Shown here: positions 29,513 to 39,308 of the stretch, one piece after another
Layout: every line of letters starts with the position of its first letter
Numbering within the stretch: the stretch's first letter is position 1
Assembly: GCA_965215565.1 (NCBI GenBank)
Contig: CBDCDZ010000004.1
Coordinates: 3,264,001 to 3,328,000 of the forward strand
DNA from: Trueperaceae bacterium
GTDB taxonomy: Bacteria; Deinococcota; Deinococci; Deinococcales; Trueperaceae
DNA: 64,000 bases
Direction: 5' to 3'
The notes under the pieces: model-generated
Seen by the model: the letters and a program-made list of their open reading frames with translations, nothing else
Told to the model about the DNA's origin: nothing
Databases searched by the model: none
Translations under genes and position numbers: made by a program

Positions 29513-30430
29513 ATGACTAGCAATAATGCTGACTACAGCGTTTCATCAGACTTATACACTGACTGGATTAACGAGCTACGGAAAAGCCTTGAATCTGAAG
29601 GGAATACAATTCCTCCAAATGCGAGTAAATTAGATATTTGCTCGATGTATTTCAATCTCCAAAAACGAAAGATTACTGAAAAGCCACGACAAGTATTTAT
29701 AGCTAAAAGCTTTACGTGCCCTCCTGAACATCAGAATGGTCTACGAGCGCTACGTTCTAAAATGGAAGCAGGAGAAGATTTGACTCCTCACCTCAGTGAA
29801 AAGCTAAGGAAGCTTAAATACAACGACATGATGCTCAATGATTGGGGTATTTACCATTTCCATCTTGGAACTGAATTGAGGAATAACGGCTACGTCAAAC
29901 GAACAGGCCCGGTCCTTTACGCACGTGTAACCCAAGATTCCATCTTCTTTATTAACGTCGAGAATCACGGCTCTTGGACGAACCAACAACTCATGGAAGT
30001 TGTTCATCGAAACTGGCCTACCTCTTTAGAGAATTACAAGCTTGATTTTAGTATAAACTATGAAATTACGGGTAATACTAGAGAAGAAATATGGGAATGT
30101 AGAAAAAAGTTTCGCGAGTTAGGAGTGTCAGCGCCGCTAGAAATGGCCGATGGTACGGTTTACATGTCTCCTGGGGGTGGGTATATGATGAGCGGAGTAA
30201 GCACAGAGGTTGTTATGACACACGATCAAAATGCTTATCACATGAGGTGTTTTGAGAAAAGTTTGCACGATAATATTGCAAAACTGGCTAAAAAAATTCA
30301 CGAGTTGACGGAATATCAGGACAATGACTTTATCTTCAAGCTAGAGCTTTCTGAGGGTATCCTTTTTGCAGTGGAGTCAAATTCCGGTTCAATGCTCGAG
30401 CTTTTTCCTATGAAAAATTTTGTCTCATAA
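29513..30430 (+). CDS. AT-rich hypothetical protein (DWGIYHFHLG motif)
   Basis: 305-codon AT-rich ORF, opposite in orientation to both neighbours. Confidence 0.75.
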   Translation: MTSNNADYSVSSDLYTDWINELRKSLESEGNTIPPNASKLDICSMYFNLQKRKITEKPRQVFIAKSFTCPPEHQNGLRALRSKMEAGEDLTPHLSEKLRKLKYNDMMLNDWGIYHFHLGTELRNNGYVKRTGPVLYARVTQDSIFFINVENHGSWTNQQLMEVVHRNWPTSLENYKLDFSINYEITGNTREEIWECRKKFRELGVSAPLEMADGTVYMSPGGGYMMSGVSTEVVMTHDQNAYHMRCFEKSLHDNIAKLAKKIHELTEYQDNDFIFKLELSEGILFAVESNSGSMLELFPMKNFVS

Positions 30431-31684
30431 TTGTGGAAGATACAGCGTAAACACCGCCCCACCTTGAGGATGATTGCGCGCGTCCAACGTCCCCCCGTGC
30501 GCCTCCACCAGCGCCTTGGCAATAGAGAGCCCCAACCCCGAGCCGCCCCTCTCACCCTGGCGCGTCCTCGAGGCGTCCCCCCGGTAAAAGCGCTCAAAGG
30601 CTCGCCCTAACTTATCTGGTGAAAGCCCAGGTCCGTAGTCACGCACCCAAATTTTAACGTGCTCCTCTTCTGCTTCAGCTCCGAGTTCGACGCTGCCCGG
30701 CGCGGCGTAGCGAACCGCGTTATCTAAGAGGTTATTCAAGACTTGGGTGATGCGGTCAGGGTCTATAAAGGCGGTTAGGTCTTCTTCGGTTGGGTGAAGT
30801 TTTAAGGTCACGTTTGCCTGGGAAGCTCGAGCCCCAAACGCCTGCGCGCTCCGCTCCAAAAGAGGTCGAATCTGCGTCTCTTCGCGCCTTAGCGACAGCC
30901 CGCCCCCTTCGGCTAAGGTGAGTGTGCGCAAGTCGTCCACCAGGCGCGAGAGCATCATCACCTCACCGTGGAGGCGTCCTAGACCGGCGTCATCTAGTTC
31001 GACCACGCCGTCTTGCATCCCCTCCAACTCGCTGCGCATCACCGCTAGGGGCGTGCGCAAATCGTGGGCGATGTCGGCGACGAGATTGCGCTGCGAGACC
31101 TCTTGGCGCTCCAAGCTCATGACGAGATGGTTGAAGGCTTCGGTCAAGCCGCGCAGTTCGTCGCGGGCTCTAGGCAGCTCGAGCCTCAACCCCCGCTCCC
31201 CCGCCTCGAAGCGCATTGCGCCGTCGGTCAATGCCCTGAGCGGCTGGGTGAGAAAGCGCGTCGCGAAGGCGGCGACGCCCGAGGCGAGTAAAAACGACAA
31301 GAACGCCGCGAGAAAGGCGGTGCGCGTCACCTGCTGGAAGGCTTCGCGGATCGGGGCGTACGCGACGTTGTCCATGTCGGGTCTACTGCTCCCGAATGCG
31401 CCTCTCCCAAACATACCTTGCGCCTCGGTATCTTCGCCGCGATCCGACCAGTTCCACCAGGAATGCTCCGACGTGTCCGGGTAGGTTGGACCTGCCGCCT
31501 CGAACAGCGCGCGCTGCACCTCGAAGACCGCGCCCAATGTGAGCCACGCCGTGAGGCTGACCGCCGTGAGCGCGACGAAGGCGAACATGAAGGTGAGGCG
31601 GCGGCGCAGCCCCCAACGCGAGCGGCGCTTGCGACGCCAGCCCTTCTTGTACCGCCAGGAATGTGGACGCCAACCTCTCGCCAT
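30425..31684 (-). CDS. HAMP sensor histidine kinase (BaeS-like)
   Basis: Two TM helices, HAMP, DIAHDLRTPL H-box, NLLDNA, D.GPG, FERFYR, GSGLGL. Confidence 0.95.
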   Translation of the reverse strand: MARGWRPHSWRYKKGWRRKRRSRWGLRRRLTFMFAFVALTAVSLTAWLTLGAVFEVQRALFEAAGPTYPDTSEHSWWNWSDRGEDTEAQGMFGRGAFGSSRPDMDNVAYAPIREAFQQVTRTAFLAAFLSFLLASGVAAFATRFLTQPLRALTDGAMRFEAGERGLRLELPRARDELRGLTEAFNHLVMSLERQEVSQRNLVADIAHDLRTPLAVMRSELEGMQDGVVELDDAGLGRLHGEVMMLSRLVDDLRTLTLAEGGGLSLRREETQIRPLLERSAQAFGARASQANVTLKLHPTEEDLTAFIDPDRITQVLNNLLDNAVRYAAPGSVELGAEAEEEHVKIWVRDYGPGLSPDKLGRAFERFYRGDASRTRQGERGGSGLGLSIAKALVEAHGGTLDARNHPQGGAVFTLYLPQL

Positions 31685-31693
31685 GCATCTATC

Positions 31694-32377
31694 CTAACCG
31701 CGTAACCTGTAGCCGACGCCGCGCACCGTCTCCAACTGCTCGCCGCAGCCGCGCAGCTTGCGCCGCAGGTTCTTCACGTGCGCGTCCACGGTGCGTTCGT
31801 CCGCGAAGCGCTCGGCGTCGCCCGAGGCGGCGAGGAGTTCGGCTCTCGAGCGCACCCGCCCCGGCTCCTTTGCGAGCGCCGCCAAAAGTCTCAGTTCGCT
31901 CGCCGTTAGGTCAACCTCCCTAGCCTTGCCCTTCTCGCGACACATAACTTCGAAGCGCCCCGCGTCCACCTCTAAACCTCCGACCTTGAAGACCTCTTGC
32001 GTGACGAGCTGCCCGCTCGAGCGCCGCAAGACCGCCTTGATGCGCGCCACGACTTCTCTCGGGCTATAGGGCTTCACCACGTAGTCGTCCGCGCCCAAGC
32101 CGAGCCCCAAAAGTTTGTCGACCTCTTCGTCTCTCGCGGTTAGCATGATGATCGGCACGCCCGACTCACTGCGGATGCGCCGCGCCACCTCGAAACCGTC
32201 CAGAACGGGCAGCATGAGGTCCAACAAGACGAAGTCGGGCTGCGCGGCTCGCCACAGCTCCAAAGCCCGCGCCCCGTCTTTAGCGCGTTCGGTGCGGAAG
32301 CCTTCGCGCTTTAGGTAGTCCTCGAGGATGTCCGCTAAGCGCGCCTCGTCCTCGACGATCAGGATGGTTTCTGCCAT
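31694..32377 (-). CDS. OmpR/BaeR-family response regulator
   Basis: ILIVEDE, LDLMLP, GADDYVVKPYS, RTVDAHVKNLRRKL, TVRGVGY. Confidence 0.95.
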   Translation of the reverse strand: MAETILIVEDEARLADILEDYLKREGFRTERAKDGARALELWRAAQPDFVLLDLMLPVLDGFEVARRIRSESGVPIIMLTARDEEVDKLLGLGLGADDYVVKPYSPREVVARIKAVLRRSSGQLVTQEVFKVGGLEVDAGRFEVMCREKGKAREVDLTASELRLLAALAKEPGRVRSRAELLAASGDAERFADERTVDAHVKNLRRKLRGCGEQLETVRGVGYRLRG

Positions 32378-32431
32378 AGATACCTCAAAAAAGATGAAAA
32401 AAAAGATGGAAAGAAGAGGTGTAGGGGTTCT

Positions 32432-32499
32432 GAGTCGAACGCCGCCGTGTGCTCCTGCTGCCGTCTCCGCGTAATGAACAAGGGGTTTCAACCCCTTGC
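32432..32499. repeat. REP-like 68-bp element, copy B
   Basis: Inverted copy of 2108-2175; GTAG at 32421. Confidence 0.8.
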
Positions 32500-32625
32500 T
32501 ACAACATCAGCGTCATTCCTAACAGAGCCACTGCCGAGGTGAAAACGTTCTTGCTTCTGTCTTCTATTTATTCTAAACACAACCGTGAGCGCGGAGTCAG
32601 GCTCCGCGCTCGGTGCACCCGTCGT

Positions 32626-33078
32626 CTAGTTCTCGAGCGTCCTCTTGACCGTCTCGAACTCCTCTTTACTGATTTCGCCTTTGGCAAACCTTGTGCGGGC
32701 GATGTCTAAGGCGCGTTCGCGTCCCCAACTGCTGCCCAAGCTCCCTAAATTGCTGAGGTCAGGGAAGCTCGGACCGTCCCGTTTGTCGCTCTCGCCGCCT
32801 AAACCACTGCGAATCGTCTCGAACTCCTCGGCGCTGATTTTGCCCTGGGCAAAACGCTCTTTCGCCATCCTAAGGGCGCTGTCTTCGCCGCTACTATCAC
32901 CGTCCCAGCGGCTCCAGCCGCGACCTCTTCCGAACGGGGGGCGGTAGCGTCCGCGCCGCCCTAAAACGAAGGTGCGAAGAAGCCAAACCACCGTGATGAA
33001 AAAGAGAATCGTGCCCAAGAAGTTGAGAAAGCCTAAGCCGAACCCGTAACCGTGTCCCACTGCGTGTGCGTACTCCAT
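32626..33078 (-). CDS. membrane protein with two SHOCT domains
   Basis: TM helix followed by ERFAQGKISAEEFE and TRFAKGEISKEEFE. Confidence 0.85.
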   Translation of the reverse strand: MEYAHAVGHGYGFGLGFLNFLGTILFFITVVWLLRTFVLGRRGRYRPPFGRGRGWSRWDGDSSGEDSALRMAKERFAQGKISAEEFETIRSGLGGESDKRDGPSFPDLSNLGSLGSSWGRERALDIARTRFAKGEISKEEFETVKRTLEN

Positions 33079-33320
33079 GATGTTTCCTTTCCTCGAGCCA
33101 CTGCGAGTTTTCCCTTCTGCGAGGGTGTGGGCTCGAGCTGCTATGAGTGTAGGGCGCAGCCTGTGAAGCGCAGGTGGGCGCAATGTGGACACAGTGTGAA
33201 TGAGGTTGTGAAGGCGAAAACGGCGTGTGGCACGCACTTTAACTTCATGCGCGACCTCTTGGCTTTGTGACTGTCTCACGAGGACAGTCCGTCAATAACC
33301 CCCAAGGTATGCTCGTCAGA

Positions 33321-34241
33321 ATGATTCAGCATTTAGAAGCCGTCACACTAGGCGGCTTAGAGCAGTGGATTTACGTGAGCGGTGATCCTGAGAAGCCGCT
33401 CTTGCTCTTTTTGCACGGCGGCCCGGGCGTGGCGCAAATCGGCTTCGCGGAGCGCTTTCAGGGAGACCTCGAGAAGCACTTTCTAGTGGCGCACTGGGAC
33501 CAGCGCGGCGGCGGCAAGTCGTTTCGCGCCCGCACGCCAGATATGACGTTAGGGCAATATGTCTTAGATGCAGAAGAATTGTCGCGCTACCTCTTGAAAA
33601 CCTTTAACAAAGACAAGCTCTACCTCTTCGGGCACTCCTGGGGCGGCGCGTTCGGCGCAAAGGTGGCGCAGCGTGCGCCGGAGCTTTTCCACGCTTACAT
33701 CGCTCAGGGGATGCTCGTGCACGGTGAGGAGAACAAACGGCTCTCTTACAAGCGTGTTCAGGAGCAGTTAGAGAGTTTGGAAGACCGCGCCACCTTAAAG
33801 CGGCTTAAAAGTATGAGCGAACCGCCGCGCACAAACCAAATACGCGCATTTTTAGTCCAACGCTGGGCAACGTTGCGTTCAGGTGGGCTTTTTCACGACG
33901 AGAAATGCTGGCGTATTTACGCCCGCGCGATGTTCAGGTCAAAGACCTACACCTATAGAGACGTGCTCAGCTATCCGCTCGGCGTGCTCTCGTCCATTAG
34001 CTCACTCTGGGATGAGGTGCTGGAGGTTGACCTCTTTCGAGATGTGCCGCGCTTAGAGGTTCCTTTTTACCTTCTGATGGGACGTTACGACACGGTGACG
34101 CCACCCGAAATTGCGGAGCGGTTTTTGGAGAGGCTAGGGGCTCCTCACAAAGAAAAGGTCTGGTTCGAACATTCTGCCCACTGTCCGCACTTAGAAGAAC
34201 CGAAGCGCCTTGCGCAGGTGCTCTCCGAGCGTGTTTTATAG
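33321..34241 (+). CDS. alpha/beta hydrolase (proline iminopeptidase-like)
   Basis: LHGGPG, WDQRGGGKS, GHSWG, GRYD, SAHCPHLEEP; leaderless TATGCT box. Confidence 0.9.
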   Translation: MIQHLEAVTLGGLEQWIYVSGDPEKPLLLFLHGGPGVAQIGFAERFQGDLEKHFLVAHWDQRGGGKSFRARTPDMTLGQYVLDAEELSRYLLKTFNKDKLYLFGHSWGGAFGAKVAQRAPELFHAYIAQGMLVHGEENKRLSYKRVQEQLESLEDRATLKRLKSMSEPPRTNQIRAFLVQRWATLRSGGLFHDEKCWRIYARAMFRSKTYTYRDVLSYPLGVLSSISSLWDEVLEVDLFRDVPRLEVPFYLLMGRYDTVTPPEIAERFLERLGAPHKEKVWFEHSAHCPHLEEPKRLAQVLSERVL

Positions 34242-34361
34242 GCTCGTACCGCTTGCTACGGTTGTAGAGGACCTTATCCACTAGAGTTTAGTTATTGAAG
34301 CGTTCGCTCGCCGAGGGTTTTAGAAGCGATTTTGAGGCTGAGCGGTAGAGAAGGAGACCCT

Positions 34362-34436
34362 GTGAAAATAACCGGAGTGAAATCAACCGGAGTGAAAACA
34401 ACCTGGCTAAACCCTGTGCGGATAAACCATGCCTGA
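34362..34436 (+). CDS. possible 24-aa leader peptide built from 3 x 15-bp repeats
   Basis: AAGGAG RBS + GTG; MKITGVKSTGVKTTWLNPVRINHA*; stop lies inside the ABC ATPase start region (ATGCCTGA). Confidence 0.4.
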   Translation: MKITGVKSTGVKTTWLNPVRINHA

Positions 34437-35412
34437 CGCCGCCATCGTCGTCGAAGATGTCCACAAGCGGTTCGGCGACGTCGAGGCCTTAGCAGGCGTC
34501 GAACTTCGCGCCGAAGCGGGCAAGGTCTTTGGACTTCTAGGACCGAACGGCGCGGGTAAGACGACATTGGTGCGCATCCTCACCACGCTCCTCCAGCCGG
34601 ACAAGGGTGAGGTGCGCGTGCTCGGGCTCGACGTGACGCGCGAGGCGGAGGCGCTACGCGGGCTCGTCGGACTTGCCGGGCAGTACGCTGCTGTGGACGA
34701 AAACTTGACTGGGCGCGAGAATCTGGAGATGGTGGGGCAGCTCTACCACTTAGGGCGGCGCGAGGCGAAAAAGCGGGCGGGGGAGGTCTTGGCGCGGTTC
34801 TCGCTCGAGGACGCCGCCAACCGCCCCGTCAAAGGGTACTCGGGCGGGATGCGCCGCCGTTTGGACCTGGGCGCGAGTTTAGTCGGGCGTCCACAGGTGC
34901 TCTTTTTGGACGAGCCCACCACCGGGCTCGATCCGCGCAGCCGCTTGGAGATGTGGGACCTCATCAAAGAACTCGTGGCGGGTGGGACGACGCTCTTACT
35001 CACGACGCAGTATTTGGAGGAAGCCGACGAACTCGCTGAGCGCATCGCGGTCATCGACGACGGGCGCGTCATTGCGGAGGGCACGGCGGACGAACTCAAA
35101 GCGGAGTTGGCCTCGGACTTTTTGGAGCTTACGCTCGAGCACACTTCGGACGTGAGCCGCGCCGCCGACGTGCTCCGCGCGCTCGGCGCGGACGCGCCCC
35201 AAGTGAACGAGAGCGCCGGACGCCTCACCCTACCCGTCTCAGACGGACCGCAGAGCCTTATTCAAACGGTGCGGCGGCTCGACGAGGCGGACATCAGGCT
35301 CGCTGACCTGAGCCTGCGCCGACCCTCGCTCGACGACGTGTTTCTCTCGCTCACCGGCGAAAAGAAGCAGAGCAACAAGCAATCTAGTGCCGAATCCAGG
35401 AGCAATTCATGA
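34429..35412 (+). CDS. ABC exporter ATP-binding protein (DrrA-like)
   Basis: GPNGAGKT, YSGGMRRRLDL, FLDEPTTGLDP, TTQYLEEAD. Confidence 0.93.
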   Translation: MPDAAIVVEDVHKRFGDVEALAGVELRAEAGKVFGLLGPNGAGKTTLVRILTTLLQPDKGEVRVLGLDVTREAEALRGLVGLAGQYAAVDENLTGRENLEMVGQLYHLGRREAKKRAGEVLARFSLEDAANRPVKGYSGGMRRRLDLGASLVGRPQVLFLDEPTTGLDPRSRLEMWDLIKELVAGGTTLLLTTQYLEEADELAERIAVIDDGRVIAEGTADELKAELASDFLELTLEHTSDVSRAADVLRALGADAPQVNESAGRLTLPVSDGPQSLIQTVRRLDEADIRLADLSLRRPSLDDVFLSLTGEKKQSNKQSSAESRSNS

Positions 35413-36248
35413 GTTTAAGCGCCCAGAAAACCGAAGCCCGTCCAGCCGAACCCTCCGCCCCGACGTTGTGGCAGCGCGTCTCCTACAACGTCAACGACAC
35501 GCTCGTCATGGCCTGGCGCAACCTCATCCGTTACACGCGGCTGCCACAACTCCTGGTCTTTTCCACCATCCAGCCCGTGATGTTCGTCCTGCTCTTCGCC
35601 TTCGTCTTCGGCGGCGCAATCGAGACGCCCGGCACGAGCTACATCAACTACCTCATCCCCGGCATCCTCATCCAGAGCGTGCTCTTCGGCGCGTCGCAAA
35701 CGACCGTCGGTTTGGCCGAAGACCTCTCGAAAGGAATGGTGGACCGCTTCCGCTCGCTGCCGATGGCGCGGGGCGCAGTTTTGGCGGGGCGCACCTTAGC
35801 AGACAGCGCCCGTAACGTCTTCGTCGTGCTGCTCATGCTCGTGGTTAGCTCTATCATCGGCTTTCGCTTCGAGGGGAGCATCTTACAAGCGGTAGGGGCA
35901 GTTGCTCTAGTGGTCTTTTTCGGCTTCGCCTTCTCCTGGATTTCGGCGCTGATTGGTCTTTTGGTGCGAGACCCCGAGAGCGCGGACGCCGCCGGGTTCG
36001 TCTGGATTTTCCCGCTCGTCTTCGCGAGTTCGGCGTTCGTACCCGTCCAGACGATGCCGGGGTGGTTGCGCACCTTTGCGGAGGTGCAACCCATCTCGGT
36101 GACGGTGGACGCGGTGCGCTACCTCACCTCGGGGGGCGCGGCACCTGGCGCGGCGTCTGATGACGTGCTCTGGGCGTGTCTTTGGGCACTCGGGATTCTC
36201 GCGGTGTTTGTACCCTTAGCCGTGGCGCAGTATCGGCGGAGCACTTGA
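35409..36248 (+). CDS. ABC-2 permease (DrrB-like)
   Basis: QPVMF.LLF, DRFRSLPM, FASSAFVP..TMPGWL. Confidence 0.92.
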   Translation: MSLSAQKTEARPAEPSAPTLWQRVSYNVNDTLVMAWRNLIRYTRLPQLLVFSTIQPVMFVLLFAFVFGGAIETPGTSYINYLIPGILIQSVLFGASQTTVGLAEDLSKGMVDRFRSLPMARGAVLAGRTLADSARNVFVVLLMLVVSSIIGFRFEGSILQAVGAVALVVFFGFAFSWISALIGLLVRDPESADAAGFVWIFPLVFASSAFVPVQTMPGWLRTFAEVQPISVTVDAVRYLTSGGAAPGAASDDVLWACLWALGILAVFVPLAVAQYRRST

Positions 36249-36291
36249 GCAACGTGCGAAAAGAGCCTTCAGATAGCAGAGGTAGAGCAGG

Positions 36292-37155
36292 ATGAATCCT
36301 ATTATGGTGACAGGCGCGACGGGCAACGTCGGCGCGGAGATAGTGCGTCTTCTTGTGGAGCAGGGCTACCCCGCGAGAGCCGCCATGCGGGACGTGCAAG
36401 GAGCAGAAGAGAGGTTCGGTGAGGGTACGGACCTCATCGACTACGTCTCCTTCAATTTTGGCAGACCGGAAACTTACGAGGCTGCTTTTAGAGGCGTCAA
36501 GGCGATGTTCCTTATGCGCCCGCCCGCCGTGGCAGACGCGAGCAAGCTCAACGCAGCCGTGGACGCGGCAAAAGTGGCGGGCGTTCAGCACGTCGTCTTT
36601 CTCTCGCTGCAAGGCGTCGAGAAAAATCCTGTCGTACCCCACGCTAAAACGGAGAAGTATCTCAAATCCTCCGGTCTCACCTATACCTTTTTGCGCGCCT
36701 CATTTTTCATGCAAAACTTAGATACCACGCACCGAAAAGACATTGCCGAGTACGGCGAAATCTTTGTGCCCGCGGGCAGAGGCAAAACGAGTTTCATCGA
36801 CGTGCGCGATATTGCGGCGGTAGCGGTCAAAGCGCTCACCGAAGAAGGTCATGAAAACCGCGCGTACGAACTCACGGGCGCGGACGCGCTCGACTACTTC
36901 CAGGTAGCGGATATCTTCACTGACGTTCTGGGTAAAGAGGTCACCTATCCCAACCCGTCGCCCTGGCGCTTCTGGCGGCGGATGAGGAAGAGAGGGCTGG
37001 AGGTCCCCTTCATCCTCGTAATGATTGGGCTCTATACGGCTTGTCGGTTCGGGCTAGCGTCTAACGTGACGCGGAATACGGCGCAGCTTTTGGGGCGGAG
37101 ACCGATCTCGGTGCGGCAGTATGTCGAGGACTACAAGGAGAGCTGGCTACTTTAA
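36292..37155 (+). CDS. NmrA-like SDR / NAD(P)H-binding protein
   Basis: VTGATGNVG, LRASFFMQN, IDVRDIA, YELTG. Confidence 0.9.
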   Translation: MNPIMVTGATGNVGAEIVRLLVEQGYPARAAMRDVQGAEERFGEGTDLIDYVSFNFGRPETYEAAFRGVKAMFLMRPPAVADASKLNAAVDAAKVAGVQHVVFLSLQGVEKNPVVPHAKTEKYLKSSGLTYTFLRASFFMQNLDTTHRKDIAEYGEIFVPAGRGKTSFIDVRDIAAVAVKALTEEGHENRAYELTGADALDYFQVADIFTDVLGKEVTYPNPSPWRFWRRMRKRGLEVPFILVMIGLYTACRFGLASNVTRNTAQLLGRRPISVRQYVEDYKESWLL

Positions 37156-37216
37156 GAACAAGAAGCGGATAGCCCTCTCTCTACTGCGGCTCCTAAACTG
37201 TGTTCAGGAGGTTAAA

Positions 37217-38311
37217 ATGATGGTCATGACCTTGACTGAAAGGGACGAAAGCGCCAAGTGGCAAGCCGTCCTAGCGCGTGACAGAACCGCCGACGGGACC
37301 TTTGTCTACGCTGTGCAAACCACCCGAATTTACTGCCGCCCGACGTGTCCCTCCAAACGCCCCAAACGCGAAAATGCGCTCTTCTTCGGGAGCGCAGGGG
37401 ACGCGGAAAACGCAGGCTTCCGTCCCTGCTTGCGCTGCAAGCCGAATGAGGTGAGCCTCGAGCAAAAGGTAGTGGCGCAGCTTCAATCTCTGCTGGAAAC
37501 GCGCTACCCCGCGCCCACACTGAGCGAACTCGCCGCCGAAGTAGACCTCAGCCCGAGCTACGTACAAAAACTCTTCAAAAAGGTGACGGGGCTGAGCCCT
37601 AAAAAGTATGCGAACGCGCTGCGCGCAGAGAAGTTAGCGGACGAACTCAGAATGCAGGGGACGGTGACGGCGGCGATGTACGGCGCGGGATACGGCTCGA
37701 GCCACGCCCTCTACCGCACCTCTTCACAGGATTTAGGGATGAACCCTAAGGCCTATCAAACAGGTGGCAGAGGAGAATGGGTGACGTACGCATTGGCAGA
37801 TACCTCGTTAGGAAGAATGCTCATCGCGGCGACGGACAAGGGCGTGTGCGCCTTGCGCTTCGGTGAAGATGAGGTGCTTTTGGCGGAACTTAAAGAGGAG
37901 TTTCCGAACGCAGAATTGCATCAAGACACCGCCTCTCTAGCGCCTCTTACCGAAGAGGTCGAGTCTCATCTAGCGGGAACACTGCCGACGCTCAATCTAC
38001 CTCTCGACGTGCACGCCACCGACTTTCAAAAGCGCGTGTGGCGCGCCTTACAGAGCGTTCCTTACGGCGAGACGCGCTCGTATGCGCAGCTTGCGGAGAT
38101 GATCGGGCAGCCTAAAGCGGTGCGAGCGGTGGCGAGAGCGTGCGCTACCAATCCGGTCGCGCTCAGCATCCCTTGTCACCGAATTGTGCGTTCGGGTGGT
38201 GGGCTCAGCGGCTACCGCTGGGGCGTGGAACGTAAGAAGAGGTTGCTGAACCAAGAAGCTGCGCACGCCAGCGATCTGTTCAGGGGCGGTCTGTTTGCGG
38301 GCGCTGAGTAG
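37217..38311 (+). CDS. ada: bifunctional regulator / O6-methylguanine-DNA methyltransferase
   Basis: YCRPTCPS and FRPCLRC zinc site, AraC HTH, IPCHR active site; AGGAGG RBS. Confidence 0.95.
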   Translation: MMVMTLTERDESAKWQAVLARDRTADGTFVYAVQTTRIYCRPTCPSKRPKRENALFFGSAGDAENAGFRPCLRCKPNEVSLEQKVVAQLQSLLETRYPAPTLSELAAEVDLSPSYVQKLFKKVTGLSPKKYANALRAEKLADELRMQGTVTAAMYGAGYGSSHALYRTSSQDLGMNPKAYQTGGRGEWVTYALADTSLGRMLIAATDKGVCALRFGEDEVLLAELKEEFPNAELHQDTASLAPLTEEVESHLAGTLPTLNLPLDVHATDFQKRVWRALQSVPYGETRSYAQLAEMIGQPKAVRAVARACATNPVALSIPCHRIVRSGGGLSGYRWGVERKKRLLNQEAAHASDLFRGGLFAGAE

Positions 38312-38444
38312 ATGCGAGATATAAACATCGGTTGTGCAAACATCGGTCGTGAATGAAAGGAGCGGGACTCGCTAGAGTTTGCGTGGTGTTCAACCAAAAT
38401 CCGTGTGAGACTTGCTGTATTGGCGGCAGCCTCCAGATAGGTTA

Positions 38445-39308
38445 ATGTCAACTATGTTCTCGCTCTACCTCATTGCGGTGATGTCTTTGCTCACGGTGCT
38501 TCTCGTAGTGCTCGTCCGGCAGCGCGGACTCTCCACGGACACCTCTTCGGTGCGCGACTGGCAGCCTGACTTCGCCGAGCAAGCGTACAGCGTTATAGAG
38601 GGAGACACCTTAACGCTCCACAATGTCCGCAATACGCGCTACCCGGACGTGGGTGAGCCCTACAAAGTGGTGTGGGAGACGCGCCAGTACGACCTCGGTA
38701 AAGTTCAACGCCTCTGGTTCCTCATCGCTTCGTTCAGCCGCTTTGAGGTTGTCGCGCACACCTTCTTGAGCTTCGAGTTTGAGGATGGGCAGTTTTTAGC
38801 TGTGTCGGTAGAAGCTCGTCCCGAGCGGGGTAGAGACTACAACCTCGTCGAGGGCGTGCTCCGCCACTTCGAGCTGAGCTACGTGTTTGGCGACGAGCGC
38901 GACCTCATCTTGCGGCGAACGCTCTATCAAGACACCGAGGTCTACCTCTATCCGCTCGTCACGCCACCAGAAGAGGTCCGCAGCTTGCTCGTTCGCATGG
39001 TGGAGCGAGCCAACGACATCCGCAAGAATGCCCGCTTCTATAACAGCATCACGGAAAACTGCACGAGCGTCCTGCGCGAGCACGCCAATGAGGTGCGCCC
39101 CGGCTCCTTCCCCTCATTCGTGCTCGCCCAGGTGATGCCAGGAATTTCAGACCGGGTGCTCTACCGCAAAGGTTGGATTGACACCAGTTTACCTTTCGAG
39201 AAGATTCGGGAGCATTTCGCGGTGCAGGAAAAGTCGCGGCGCTGTGAGGCGGATGAGGCGTTCTCCCACTGTATCCGACACCGTATCCGGGAGAATTTAG
39301 AGAGATGA
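38445..39308 (+). CDS. DUF4105 (Lnb N-terminal-like) protein
   Basis: AHTFLSFEF, SVEAR, ERDLI..RT, YNSITENCT. Confidence 0.85.
   Translation: MSTMFSLYLIAVMSLLTVLLVVLVRQRGLSTDTSSVRDWQPDFAEQAYSVIEGDTLTLHNVRNTRYPDVGEPYKVVWETRQYDLGKVQRLWFLIASFSRFEVVAHTFLSFEFEDGQFLAVSVEARPERGRDYNLVEGVLRHFELSYVFGDERDLILRRTLYQDTEVYLYPLVTPPEEVRSLLVRMVERANDIRKNARFYNSITENCTSVLREHANEVRPGSFPSFVLAQVMPGISDRVLYRKGWIDTSLPFEKIREHFAVQEKSRRCEADEAFSHCIRHRIRENLER

Noticed and set aside
32378..32491. N-terminal extension of the response regulator ORF
   Set aside because: It is a translation of the REP-like repeat; the true start is ATG 32377 with a GAGG RBS
38323..38351. AAACATCGGT(T/C)GTG tandem duplication after ada, and a similar one at about 41647-41668
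   Set aside because: Two-copy local duplications with no symmetry or supporting context; probably slippage products
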